64,000 nucleotides of DNA, taken from assembly GCA_963666345.1 (NCBI GenBank), contig OY762721.1:1344001-1408000 (forward strand), given 5' to 3'. The stretch is from Desulfatiglandales bacterium. Lineage in GTDB: Bacteria > Desulfobacterota > DSM-4660 > Desulfatiglandales > Desulfatiglandaceae. This document shows, piece after piece, positions 8,483 through 16,868 of the stretch. The translations under genes and the position numbers were made by a program. The stretch's first letter is position 1, and each line of letters starts with the position of its first letter. The notes under the pieces were generated by a model. That model made no database searches, was not told the DNA's origin, and was given only the letters and a program-made list of their open reading frames with translations.

Positions 8483-9400
8483 TTATTCACTTTGAAGGTC
8501 GATACCCCAATCCGGTAACCGTGACTCCACGTAGTTTCGAAGAAGAGTGTATCGAAATCCCAGCTTAGAGTTCCGAGCTTCTTTATGTTTAATAGATTCA
8601 TGAATGATAAAGTTGTAAGCAATGCGAACATGTTCGACGTGCTTCTGGAACGTGGATCTGATATCAGACCCCAGCCAATCAAGAAACGTGCACCCGTCAT
8701 CATCTACCGCAAGAAGTCCCAGTGCTCTCGTAGCGAGGTCAGCGTGTGCCTGCTCCTCTGCTGCGGTTATCCCTTCCAGGCCCGAGATGGACTGAAGATA
8801 GCGCACAAGCTCCTCACCGACAACTACTCTAGGGTACTGAGCCACCTTGCTTTCCAGCCTGTAAGCTCTAGCGAGGGCTGGACCATACACTTCGCCCTCT
8901 TCGATGTCCATTGCTAGACCGAGTTCGATTCCGCCCCGAATTGTCCAAGAATGCACCAGGCATGAGAGAAACGTCATGGCTGTTGCAGCCAAAACCCCAT
9001 AAATAGCGTGACATTGGAATTTACCTACGTCGTTACGCAGCGGAATATGGACTATCAGTGAATCAGAAAAATGCCGATAGAAGACGGGGGTACTCCTAAA
9101 CTGTTTCAGAAGTTCCTTTTCCAAAGGCGAAAACGCGCTCTCGTCTGAACCCCCTTCAAGGAATGGCTTGATACTGGCACTAAAGAAGCTTTGCAGGCCA
9201 TAAAGTGGTCTGTAAAGTTCGGCCACTTTCTGCTTAAAGGCGGCCACCTCTTCTTGGTTCTCGACATTAGGCAATACCGTCATTTTGCTGAGCACATCCT
9301 GCTGTCCAAGTAGGTCCAGAAATGCCACTACATACCATGCCATATGTTTCGGTTTCTGGTTCTTCGGGTCTTCTGTTCTATTCGCATCCTGATTCATCAT
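8483..9400 (-). CDS. Class III nucleotidyl-cyclase-like hypothetical protein, cassette gene
   Basis: AFLDLLG, FSDS, RGGIELG, YGPALARAYRLES..AQYPR. Confidence 0.7.
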   Translation of the reverse strand: MMNQDANRTEDPKNQKPKHMAWYVVAFLDLLGQQDVLSKMTVLPNVENQEEVAAFKQKVAELYRPLYGLQSFFSASIKPFLEGGSDESAFSPLEKELLKQFRSTPVFYRHFSDSLIVHIPLRNDVGKFQCHAIYGVLAATAMTFLSCLVHSWTIRGGIELGLAMDIEEGEVYGPALARAYRLESKVAQYPRVVVGEELVRYLQSISGLEGITAAEEQAHADLATRALGLLAVDDDGCTFLDWLGSDIRSTFQKHVEHVRIAYNFIIHESIKHKEARNSKLGFRYTLLRNYVESRLPDWGIDLQSE

Positions 9401-9437
9401 ACATTCCTGACTTCTGGCCTACTTTCTATTTCATAAC

Positions 9438-9588
9438 GGCCCCGCGGATCAGCGGCGGGCGAACGCGCGAGCTTGCTCGCGTGGATGACCGACCGCTGCA
9501 TCCGCTTGATGGCCGGCGCGCAGCGCCGGACAGCATGCGGATGATAATACGCGGGGCCGATGGCACGGCGCGTAGCGTCCGTGCCATC
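9438..9588 (-). mobile_element. 151-bp gene-less structured element, copy 3 (G variant)
   Basis: Identical to copy 1. Confidence 0.85.
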
Positions 9589-9668
9589 GTTAAAATAACT
9601 GGCAAATTAAAGCGGTGCGGCGATAGGAGCGCCGCTTTAATTTGTCCAAGTTGATTTTCTTGTTATGT
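9589..9668 (-). other. attC body of the STAND cassette
   Basis: gttaaa-ATAACTGG-CAAATTAAAGCGG...CCGCTTTAATTTG(t)CCAAGTT(g)AT-tttctt-GTTATGT. R'' matches ACACATAAC (13566-13574). Confidence 0.85.
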
Positions 9669-9740
9669 GTTGATTGCATCATCCCTGCCAGACTTTATCA
9701 TCAAAAAGCACAATAGCTGCTTACGGCCAAAATCGGACAT

Positions 9741-12700
9741 TCAGAATCTATCCTCCATAAAATCGGATTTTTTCTCAGCTTCCATCATTTTCCGATTACC
9801 TTGCACATGCCTTTCAATATAAAGCTTATGTTGAAGAAGGTCTGCGGTGTTGCACAAGGGCAAAAGCGATTCCCAATATTCAACCCGCGCTTGATACATT
9901 GGCACCGCACTTCCTGAGCCACCCCAAGTATCAGGCTCCAATGCCAACCTCTCAAAATCTTCATAACTTTTATTGTTTTCAAGAAACAACTCTATGAAGC
10001 GCTTCCGCCTTTCCGGAGCAAAATGCGATATTGGCTTAAATATTAAAGCCATTAAGTAGGAGTCTTGTGCTTGCTCCTGAATTATTGCCACCAGAAATTC
10101 ATCCTGCTTTGCTACAGCTTCCGGCGGGCATTTTTTGTTGCCATGAACACAGAAGAGCCGTTCCATATAGCTTCCTAATATATATCCCCGCCCTTTTTCA
10201 TGTTGCAGTAAGCGCTCTATTGCACGCGACATAATGGTATCACAGTCATTGTGATGCCACAGAAACGCATAATCACGTGTGTCTGCATAACTGCGCGCCC
10301 ATTCATCACCATCATATACCCGATCTGTATACTCCAGTATAAAATCAGGATTTACGGACAGTATGCGGCCAAGCGTCGCGCCGTTATAATCAGCATTTCT
10401 ATCCACCTTTATGTGAACCATGTATGCTCTTTCCAAAGAGTCTTGATGACCGTCGAAAAGATCAAAAATTTGTTTATTAGCCTCCGAAAGCGGATTGAAG
10501 AGAGAGTCCAATCCGTGGCCAAAAAAATCATCTGTCTCTGCTTTTTCTACAATTATGTTTGTAACATTCACGACAACACCACTGTCTTGCGCTGTATAAT
10601 TTAGCAGATAATCGTAATCGTATGGCAGTTCGCTGCGTTCAGCATTCCGGTAGAGTTCATACAAATTTTCTATGGTTTCAGAGTTAATATCCTCGGGTGA
10701 TAGGCATAGATAGTAACCAAAAAGCCATTGCCGTTTGGCCGGATATTCAGGCTCTTCAACAATCTTAAGCGTTTGTTTAGCGCCGCACGTTTTCAGCAAC
10801 TTATCGACGATTATAGCAGGTTGCTGTATTGCCAGAGGGTTTCCCAATTTCAAATATTCCTGGATTACCTGTACATAAAGAGGGCCGTCTCTTTCTGCAA
10901 GAGCCAGTAGGGCCTGCAGGATTCCTGTCTTAACTTCGTGCGTTTCGTGACTGCCGCTTATATAGGACATTATTTCTATAAACTGCTGAATAAGCCGTAG
11001 ATAGTCATCAAGACCAAATTTGCTTGTATAGTCCTTTATTTTTTGTTTTTTGAATTTTTCAAATTCACGAAAGCCCATATCTCCTGCATCGGAGTAATCA
11101 AAAGACAGCAATTTGTATATTTCATAAATTCCATTACGGAAGTTTTCGGAAAGCTTGTCCATATCAGGAATATCGCGGAGGTCGAGCATGGCAAGATAAT
11201 CCTGTACAATAAGGCAATGTGAAAAATTATCCGGGTCGAGCGTGTCTCTAATAAACGGAATTACAACCTCTGCATCTTTGACTGCGATCTCTTTTTGTGA
11301 CAGGTAATAGCCCGAATTGCTGTAGCTTTTCAAAACGCCCAAAGCTTCTTTTTGAAAAGAGAAGTTTTGATACAGATGAAAAATACCGTTCCAAATAGCC
11401 CTCCGTAGCTCGAAAATCGGTTCAATTGCTATGAGGTTAAACTGATGTATGGTTATAGAGTTTTTTGACGCCTCGTGGCTTTCAAACCGTGTGGGCATAT
11501 ATTTTTTTGCAACAGCAAGAAACAGCTTCGAAAACAATTCATTCCTGCCCTGATCAGCTTTTTGCCAGAGAGTTTCAATCACAATCCTTTGAATGATATA
11601 TTCCCGAAGATGAGAATGGTGCGTAAATCCAAATCTTTTTGTTAGGAGATTAAGAAATTGGGGAACAGCTTGCGGTATTTTCTCCACATAATTAAAGGCC
11701 AATTCAAGCGCAGAACGGAAAGTGCCCTTTTCATCTGCCTGTTTAAAGAGACCCAAAAGGTCTAGAAGAGGGTGCAAATCTGTATCAGGGTTTTCCGCCG
11801 CCCAGTCTATGGAAGCGAGTTCAACTGGTTTTGCCTCTACTGCTTCAATGCAGTCACGGATATAAACAAGAGCATCCGATTGAAGCAAAAACCAGAATAG
11901 CCGGATGAGCGAATGCAGATTGTTTGTATCCCCGCTATTCATTAAATCGCGCCTTTTCTTTTGTATATGAGGACGCATCTGCGCTGTGAGCCTTGCGAAG
12001 TCAAACGCGTTCAAACAGGGATAAATGGCATCTCTAAAACGGTTAGTTTGCCCAGGAAAGAAATTGTCTATGAGGGTAGTAAAGTCGAGAATCTCATCTT
12101 TGAAAAAGCAAAGATAAAATAAATAAGTGACAAAAACTTGATCACTGATTTTTACAACTTCACGTTCATAAATATTAACAACCTCACAGTCGTGAAGATG
12201 TTGGACCGCTTTCCAGAAATCTTCAGGAGCAATTCCAAAAATATTTTGTATGAGTTGCATCAATTCTGTGTTGGAGCGATCTATAGTCCTGAAAAAAGAA
12301 ATGATTCCTGCAACCTTCAAAACATTCTCATCCTGCAGGTTTCTAAGGTCATTAGATATGGAGGCAAAATATTCATCATATAGGACAGAGACATCCCTGA
12401 TGCTGTCAAAACTACCGTGTTTGACCGCTACTTTTGCTGCCATGATTGCAAGCCGTGGGTTGCCCCCGGAAATCTCAGCAATTCTGTCCAGAAATAATGG
12501 GTTTGTTATGTTGTATTGCTCCTTAACCAAATCCTTTATTTCTTGCGCCTGCATCGGTTTCAACTCTATTTCAGGGGTTGCTCCCAAGGGTTTTGCGGCC
12601 TGGTTTATTTTGTCACGTGCGTAATCGCGCACGGTTGCGATCACTTTTATCTGCTGATCTTGTCTTTGGTTTTGGATAAGATCGACAACATAATCAAACC

Positions 12701-13511
12701 GTGTGATACGGTTTGCATCATCCACTAAAATCAGAAATTGGCCGGGCTGTGAAAAATGAGTGCGTATATCTTCGAACAGGTCGGGTCCCCTGTTATATAT
12801 GCACCGCGTTTCAAAATCCGGATGTGCTTCCTCAAAATCTTGAAGAGCCTGCAGGCCAAGGCGGGATTTACCAACACCAGCTTGGCCTGATAAAACCACA
12901 AGGTTATTGTTTACCAGTCCTTCCAAAACTTGTTGTATTTCCTGCTCCCGGAAATGAAAATCTGTATCCAATGGTGTGGTAAGCTGATTTCTTCCTACAT
13001 TCGCTACAAAATCGCCCGGCTCCAAAATTTGCCCTGTATCAATGCTAATGCCCAGAAAAGCCTGCGCTAGGCCCGGATACTTTTGATAGAGGTCAAAGGA
13101 GATACTGCCTATTCCAAAAACCTGAATATTTACCCCTTTTTGCTTGCCTTCATCGTAAAGCTCTTTCTCTTCTTCAGGTGAAAGAAGAGATGTATGGCAG
13201 AAAACAATTTCCTCAATCTCAGTTAATAGAATGCCAGTTTTAGTCTCATCAAGGCATTTACTCAGATCGCCTTTTAATTTAGACGCAATATTCGTTTGGT
13301 CTGTGGTAAATTCTGCAAAAATAAGTTTGCCATTTTTCTGTCGTATATAAGTATCTGGTGTCCCTTTTCGTACTTTATTTGCACCGATCACAGAACCGAT
13401 AGGGTTGATATTGTTATAGCCTTTTTTGTGTATATAACTGTCTGCCAGTTTTTGGAACTCTCCGCATCCAATTTCTTTTAGGGCCTTTTCTATCTGGTTA
13501 ATCTTAGACAT
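9741..13511 (-). CDS. Mrr/REase-like N-terminus plus STAND P-loop NTPase (Avs-like putative antiphage protein), cassette gene
   Basis: N-terminal F..L...GTPD...E motif, Walker A GQAGVGKS, Walker B LILVDD, GGNP, long helical C-terminus; 1256 aa. Confidence 0.75.
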   Translation of the reverse strand: MSKINQIEKALKEIGCGEFQKLADSYIHKKGYNNINPIGSVIGANKVRKGTPDTYIRQKNGKLIFAEFTTDQTNIASKLKGDLSKCLDETKTGILLTEIEEIVFCHTSLLSPEEEKELYDEGKQKGVNIQVFGIGSISFDLYQKYPGLAQAFLGISIDTGQILEPGDFVANVGRNQLTTPLDTDFHFREQEIQQVLEGLVNNNLVVLSGQAGVGKSRLGLQALQDFEEAHPDFETRCIYNRGPDLFEDIRTHFSQPGQFLILVDDANRITRFDYVVDLIQNQRQDQQIKVIATVRDYARDKINQAAKPLGATPEIELKPMQAQEIKDLVKEQYNITNPLFLDRIAEISGGNPRLAIMAAKVAVKHGSFDSIRDVSVLYDEYFASISNDLRNLQDENVLKVAGIISFFRTIDRSNTELMQLIQNIFGIAPEDFWKAVQHLHDCEVVNIYEREVVKISDQVFVTYLFYLCFFKDEILDFTTLIDNFFPGQTNRFRDAIYPCLNAFDFARLTAQMRPHIQKKRRDLMNSGDTNNLHSLIRLFWFLLQSDALVYIRDCIEAVEAKPVELASIDWAAENPDTDLHPLLDLLGLFKQADEKGTFRSALELAFNYVEKIPQAVPQFLNLLTKRFGFTHHSHLREYIIQRIVIETLWQKADQGRNELFSKLFLAVAKKYMPTRFESHEASKNSITIHQFNLIAIEPIFELRRAIWNGIFHLYQNFSFQKEALGVLKSYSNSGYYLSQKEIAVKDAEVVIPFIRDTLDPDNFSHCLIVQDYLAMLDLRDIPDMDKLSENFRNGIYEIYKLLSFDYSDAGDMGFREFEKFKKQKIKDYTSKFGLDDYLRLIQQFIEIMSYISGSHETHEVKTGILQALLALAERDGPLYVQVIQEYLKLGNPLAIQQPAIIVDKLLKTCGAKQTLKIVEEPEYPAKRQWLFGYYLCLSPEDINSETIENLYELYRNAERSELPYDYDYLLNYTAQDSGVVVNVTNIIVEKAETDDFFGHGLDSLFNPLSEANKQIFDLFDGHQDSLERAYMVHIKVDRNADYNGATLGRILSVNPDFILEYTDRVYDGDEWARSYADTRDYAFLWHHNDCDTIMSRAIERLLQHEKGRGYILGSYMERLFCVHGNKKCPPEAVAKQDEFLVAIIQEQAQDSYLMALIFKPISHFAPERRKRFIELFLENNKSYEDFERLALEPDTWGGSGSAVPMYQARVEYWESLLPLCNTADLLQHKLYIERHVQGNRKMMEAEKKSDFMEDRF

Positions 13512-13567
13512 CAGAAGTTTATCCTTTCAAACGTCCGCTATGGGTCGAAAAAGGACATTCCCAAGAC

Positions 13568-13625
13568 ACATAACGATTGAACTGTGCGGCGCGTTTTTTG
13601 CGTCCGCACCAGTGACAGGTTAGCC
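13568..13625 (-). other. attC site (58 bp)
   Basis: ACATAAC-gattga-ACTGTGCGG-CGC...GCG(t)CCGCAC(c)AGT-gacag-GTTAGCC. Confidence 0.9.
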
Positions 13626-13631
13626 AAATTT

Positions 13632-14522
13632 TTAATCAACTCCCCATATTCTTTTACGTGAGTTGATATAATTTAATAACCGGAAATATCTTGAGGATAG
13701 TTTATCATTTTCAGCCTTTACGTATTTTTGATGCTGAGAGACCACAAAATCATATGCAAGATTTACTACTTCTGTATCAATGGAATTATCTGCCGTTTCC
13801 TTGGATTTTTCCCCCATAAAATCGAGCATGAAACGTCCATCTGTGTCTCTAATAATCATTTCTCTACAAAATTTGGCCATATCTTTTGCCACCAAACCAA
13901 GTCGAGTTTTACACTGTTGATTTTCAACCCATAACAAATAATTTATGAGTTCTTTTCCGACAACAAAACGAGGATACTCAGCTAAATTGCTTTCGATAAA
14001 ATATGCACGTTCAAGCGCTGGCCCATATATTTCCTGTCCTTCGATTTTTGTTCCAATCCCTACATCTAATCCAGCCCGCAAAGCAATAGTGGCAGCTAGG
14101 CTGATAAAACCAATACCACAAGTTGCTACAAGTGCAGAATAAACGCCATTAATGGCAGTACAATTCTCATCGTCACTCATTAGTGGTACAGCGACTATTA
14201 TTGAGTCAGAAAAACTATAAAAATAAACCTCAGATTTTTGTGAAGCTATAAACTCTTCACGATGTTCAGGTGGCACAAGATCGGTATTTGGAATATGCGA
14301 ACTGGAGGCTTTAAAGAAATCACTAAAAGCATTTCTAAGTCTATCAACTTTACCTACTGTTTGGCGTATTTTATCTAAAAAGACCTCTTTTTCCTCCTCA
14401 TTTGTAGGCAAATCTCTAATCTCACGCAATATGCTTCTTTGCCCAAGAATATCGAGAAAAACAATAAGATAGTGTTGAAATACCAAGTCACTTTTATTTT
14501 TTTGATTAATTTTAATATTCAT
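13632..14522 (-). CDS. Class III nucleotidyl-cyclase-like hypothetical protein, first gene cassette
   Basis: VFLDILG, FSDS, RAGLDVG, YGPALERAYFIES..AEYPR; homologous to 8483-9400. Confidence 0.7.
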   Translation of the reverse strand: MNIKINQKNKSDLVFQHYLIVFLDILGQRSILREIRDLPTNEEEKEVFLDKIRQTVGKVDRLRNAFSDFFKASSSHIPNTDLVPPEHREEFIASQKSEVYFYSFSDSIIVAVPLMSDDENCTAINGVYSALVATCGIGFISLAATIALRAGLDVGIGTKIEGQEIYGPALERAYFIESNLAEYPRFVVGKELINYLLWVENQQCKTRLGLVAKDMAKFCREMIIRDTDGRFMLDFMGEKSKETADNSIDTEVVNLAYDFVVSQHQKYVKAENDKLSSRYFRLLNYINSRKRIWGVD

Positions 14523-14538
14523 ATTTTTATTTGCTAAC

Positions 14539-14689
14539 GGCCCCGCGGATCAGCGGCGGGCGAACGCGCGAGCTTGCTCGCGTGGATGACCGACCGCTGC
14601 ATCCGCTTGATGGCCGGCGCGCAGCGCCGGACAGCATGCGGATGATAATACGCGGGGCCGATGGCACGGCGCATAGCGTCCGTGCCATC
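14539..14689 (-). mobile_element. 151-bp gene-less structured element, copy 4 (A variant), at the attI-proximal position
   Basis: Identical to copy 2; followed by non-attC sequence towards intI. Confidence 0.85.
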
Positions 14690-14780
14690 TAGTGAGTAGT
14701 GAGAATTATTTCCCGTTTAACAGTAAACGCGACTTTTTTCTCGTTTATTCAATATCCCGGAAGTAATTCTCGTTTATTGA
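14689..14780 (-). other. Putative attI region
   Basis: Lies between the first array unit and intI; no attC hairpin; three direct repeats TT(C)YCGTTTA at 14710, 14738 and 14767. Confidence 0.5.
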
Positions 14781-14810
14781 GTCCTCTTGCACCTCTGTGG
14801 AACAAGCCTT

Positions 14811-14927
14811 TGCACAAAAACCTGTGCATGATTGCCCTAAAAATTGTGCAAATTCGCCGATCATATTTGCTGTCACCTTCTTAAAGTGCTGAATTTTATG
14901 GACATTCTTATCTGGCATGTTTCATGC
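14811..14927 (+). promoter_or_regulatory. Putative sigma54 promoter with two upstream activator-like palindromes, facing intI
   Basis: TGGCATGTTTCATGC (14913-14927, GG-N10-GC); TGCACA-N6-TGTGCA (14811) and TGCCCT-N6-TGTGCA (14833). Confidence 0.5.
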
Positions 14928-15011
14928 GTTCTTTTTCTGCATGCGCATGCTGCTAAGAGGTTAATATTACATAATATCACGCCATAAAGCTCGTATATTG
15001 GATTTATTGAA

Positions 15012-15980
15012 ATGAATACCACCTCTAAACCCAAAAAGCTGCTCGACCAGGTCAGGGACGTGCTTCGAGTAAAGCACTACGCATACAGGACCGAGAAAAC
15101 CTACATATTCTGGATTCGCAGATTCATCCTTTTTCATGAAAAGAAACACCCTTCGGAAATGGGCTCAAAGCAAATCCAGGATTTTTTGACACACTTGGCA
15201 GTGGAACGTAACGTCTCCGCCTCCACCCAGAACCAAGCTTTGAACGCTTTAATTTTTCTGTATAAAAAGGTCCTCCGCATTGATTTAACGGATCCCATTG
15301 AAGCCGTCCGCGCCAGACGGCCGACCCGACTTCCGGTCGTGCTTTCCAAACCGGAGGCATTTAAGATCATCGACCTCATTTCCGGCGAGTCTCAACTCAT
15401 CGTCAAGCTCCTCTACGGAAGCGGGCTTCGCCTGATGGAATGCATGCGGCTCCGTGTAAAGGATATCGACTTTTCAATGAACCAGATCCTTGTTCGTCAC
15501 GGTAAGGGCGGAAAGGACCGTGTGACAGTGCTCCCGGCGAATGTCACAGACTCTCTTCAAATGCATTTGAAAAAGGTCAGGGCCATTCATGAAGATGATT
15601 GCAGACATGGATTTGGCCATGTCAATCTTCCCGGGGCTCTCGCCAGAAAATATCCCAATGCCTCTAGTCAATGGGCGTGGCAATTTGTTTTCCCGTCCAG
15701 ATCTCTTTGCAAAGATCCACGCTCCGGAGAAATCCGGCGGCATCACCTGCACGAAAGCTGTGTAAGAAAGGCCCTTAAAAAGGCTGTAACTCTTGCCGAC
15801 ATCCATAAGCAAGTCGGATGCCACTGCTTCCGGCACAGCTTTGCAACTCATCTCCTTGCAGACGGTTACGACATCCGCACTGTGCAGGAGCTGCTCGGGC
15901 ACAAAGACGTTTCCACAACAATGATTTACACGCACGTCCTGAACAAAGGCGGCCGTGCCGTTCGGAGCCCGATCGACTGA
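15012..15980 (+). CDS. intI: Integron integrase
   Basis: LLDQVR..LR..HY N-terminus; catalytic R (GLR), K (GKGGKDR), HCFRH, LGH and Y (TMIYTH); integron-specific insert ALARKYPNA...WQFVFPS. Confidence 0.97.
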   Translation: MNTTSKPKKLLDQVRDVLRVKHYAYRTEKTYIFWIRRFILFHEKKHPSEMGSKQIQDFLTHLAVERNVSASTQNQALNALIFLYKKVLRIDLTDPIEAVRARRPTRLPVVLSKPEAFKIIDLISGESQLIVKLLYGSGLRLMECMRLRVKDIDFSMNQILVRHGKGGKDRVTVLPANVTDSLQMHLKKVRAIHEDDCRHGFGHVNLPGALARKYPNASSQWAWQFVFPSRSLCKDPRSGEIRRHHLHESCVRKALKKAVTLADIHKQVGCHCFRHSFATHLLADGYDIRTVQELLGHKDVSTTMIYTHVLNKGGRAVRSPID

Positions 15981-16035
15981 GCTATTTGCTGAAGGTCTCA
16001 AAGAGCTTTCTTATTTAAAATCCACGTCATAGACA

Positions 16036-16070
16036 ACAAAAACCCCACCTCTCTATCTGAGAAACGGGGT
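16036..16070 (-). terminator. Intrinsic terminator (minus strand)
   Basis: ACCCCGTTTCTC...GAGAGGTGGGGT followed by a T run on the minus strand. Confidence 0.65.
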
Positions 16071-16205
16071 CTGATTGCCTCATGGGTGCCTCCGGTTATG
16101 TTTATTTAATGCAGATAAGCAAAAATAATTTAACGCTTGCCATGTTGATATTTTTATCTGTTTTTGTCAAGTTTTACACTTACTTGATGGACCATTCGGA
16201 GATGG

Positions 16206-16859
16206 TCAGAAAGGCTCTTCCGCAAGCCTCTGTGAGAGCCAGATCATGACCTTATTAAATTCATCCTTCAGCTCGTTCATGGCCCTTCCCCTGTGGCTTA
16301 CGCTGTTTTTTTCATCAGGCGTCATCTGTGCGAACGTCTTTTTCATGGAAGGGTAATAAAAAAGCGGATCATAGCCGAACCCCCCTTCCCCTTTCATCTC
16401 GTGTGCTATCACGCCTTCGCATTTTCCCTCATATATGAGCGCCGGCCCCCTTGGGACCGCAATCGCTATTACGCACATAAATGAGGCCCGCCTGTCTTCC
16501 ACCCCCTCCATCTCGGCCAGGAGCTTTCTGTTGTTTTTAAGGTCTCCTGCATTTTCACCCGCATATCTTGCAGAATACACCCCCGGTCTTCGGTCAAGAG
16601 CATCCACCATAAGGCCGGAATCATCAGCCAGGGCGGGAAGGCCGAGCACCCTTGCGGTGAACCTTGCCTTTTTTACCGCGTTTTCCTCAAATGTGTCCCC
16701 GTCTTCTTCGACCTCCGGGATCGGCCCGAAATCACCGAGCCCCTTTATCTCAATGGGAAAATCCTTGAGCAGCCTTTGAAACTCCTTTGCCTTTCCCATG
16801 TTTCCGGTTGCTATCACAAGCTGTCTTTTAACACCGCTTTTCACTATTGCCCCGTCCAT
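16206..16859 (-). CDS. rdgB: Non-canonical purine NTP pyrophosphatase (XTP/dITP)
   Basis: ATGN.GK, ADDSGL, PGVYSARY, GFGYDP, SHR. Confidence 0.95.
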   Translation of the reverse strand: MDGAIVKSGVKRQLVIATGNMGKAKEFQRLLKDFPIEIKGLGDFGPIPEVEEDGDTFEENAVKKARFTARVLGLPALADDSGLMVDALDRRPGVYSARYAGENAGDLKNNRKLLAEMEGVEDRRASFMCVIAIAVPRGPALIYEGKCEGVIAHEMKGEGGFGYDPLFYYPSMKKTFAQMTPDEKNSVSHRGRAMNELKDEFNKVMIWLSQRLAEEPF

Positions 16860-16868
16860 ATCCGATCC

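Noticed and set aside
7243..9654. ORFs running through the 151-bp element (7243-7527 -, 7331-7597 +, 9322-9654 +)
   Set aside because: Stop-free frames are expected at 72% GC. Starts and stops differ between copies, there is no RBS, and the sequence is better explained by base pairing.
7366..14689. CRISPR array or simple tandem repeat interpretation of the four repeats
   Set aside because: Repeats are 151 bp, the spacers are whole genes of 0.7-5 kb, and there are no cas genes.
14930..15011. LexA box upstream of intI
   Set aside because: No CTGT-N8-ACAG match. The AT-rich ATATTACATAATAT palindrome cannot be assigned.
15474..16001. 175-aa antisense ORF over intI, and other antisense ORFs over secA, argJ, hisD and feoB
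   Set aside because: Shadow frames of well-supported genes with no recognisable motifs.
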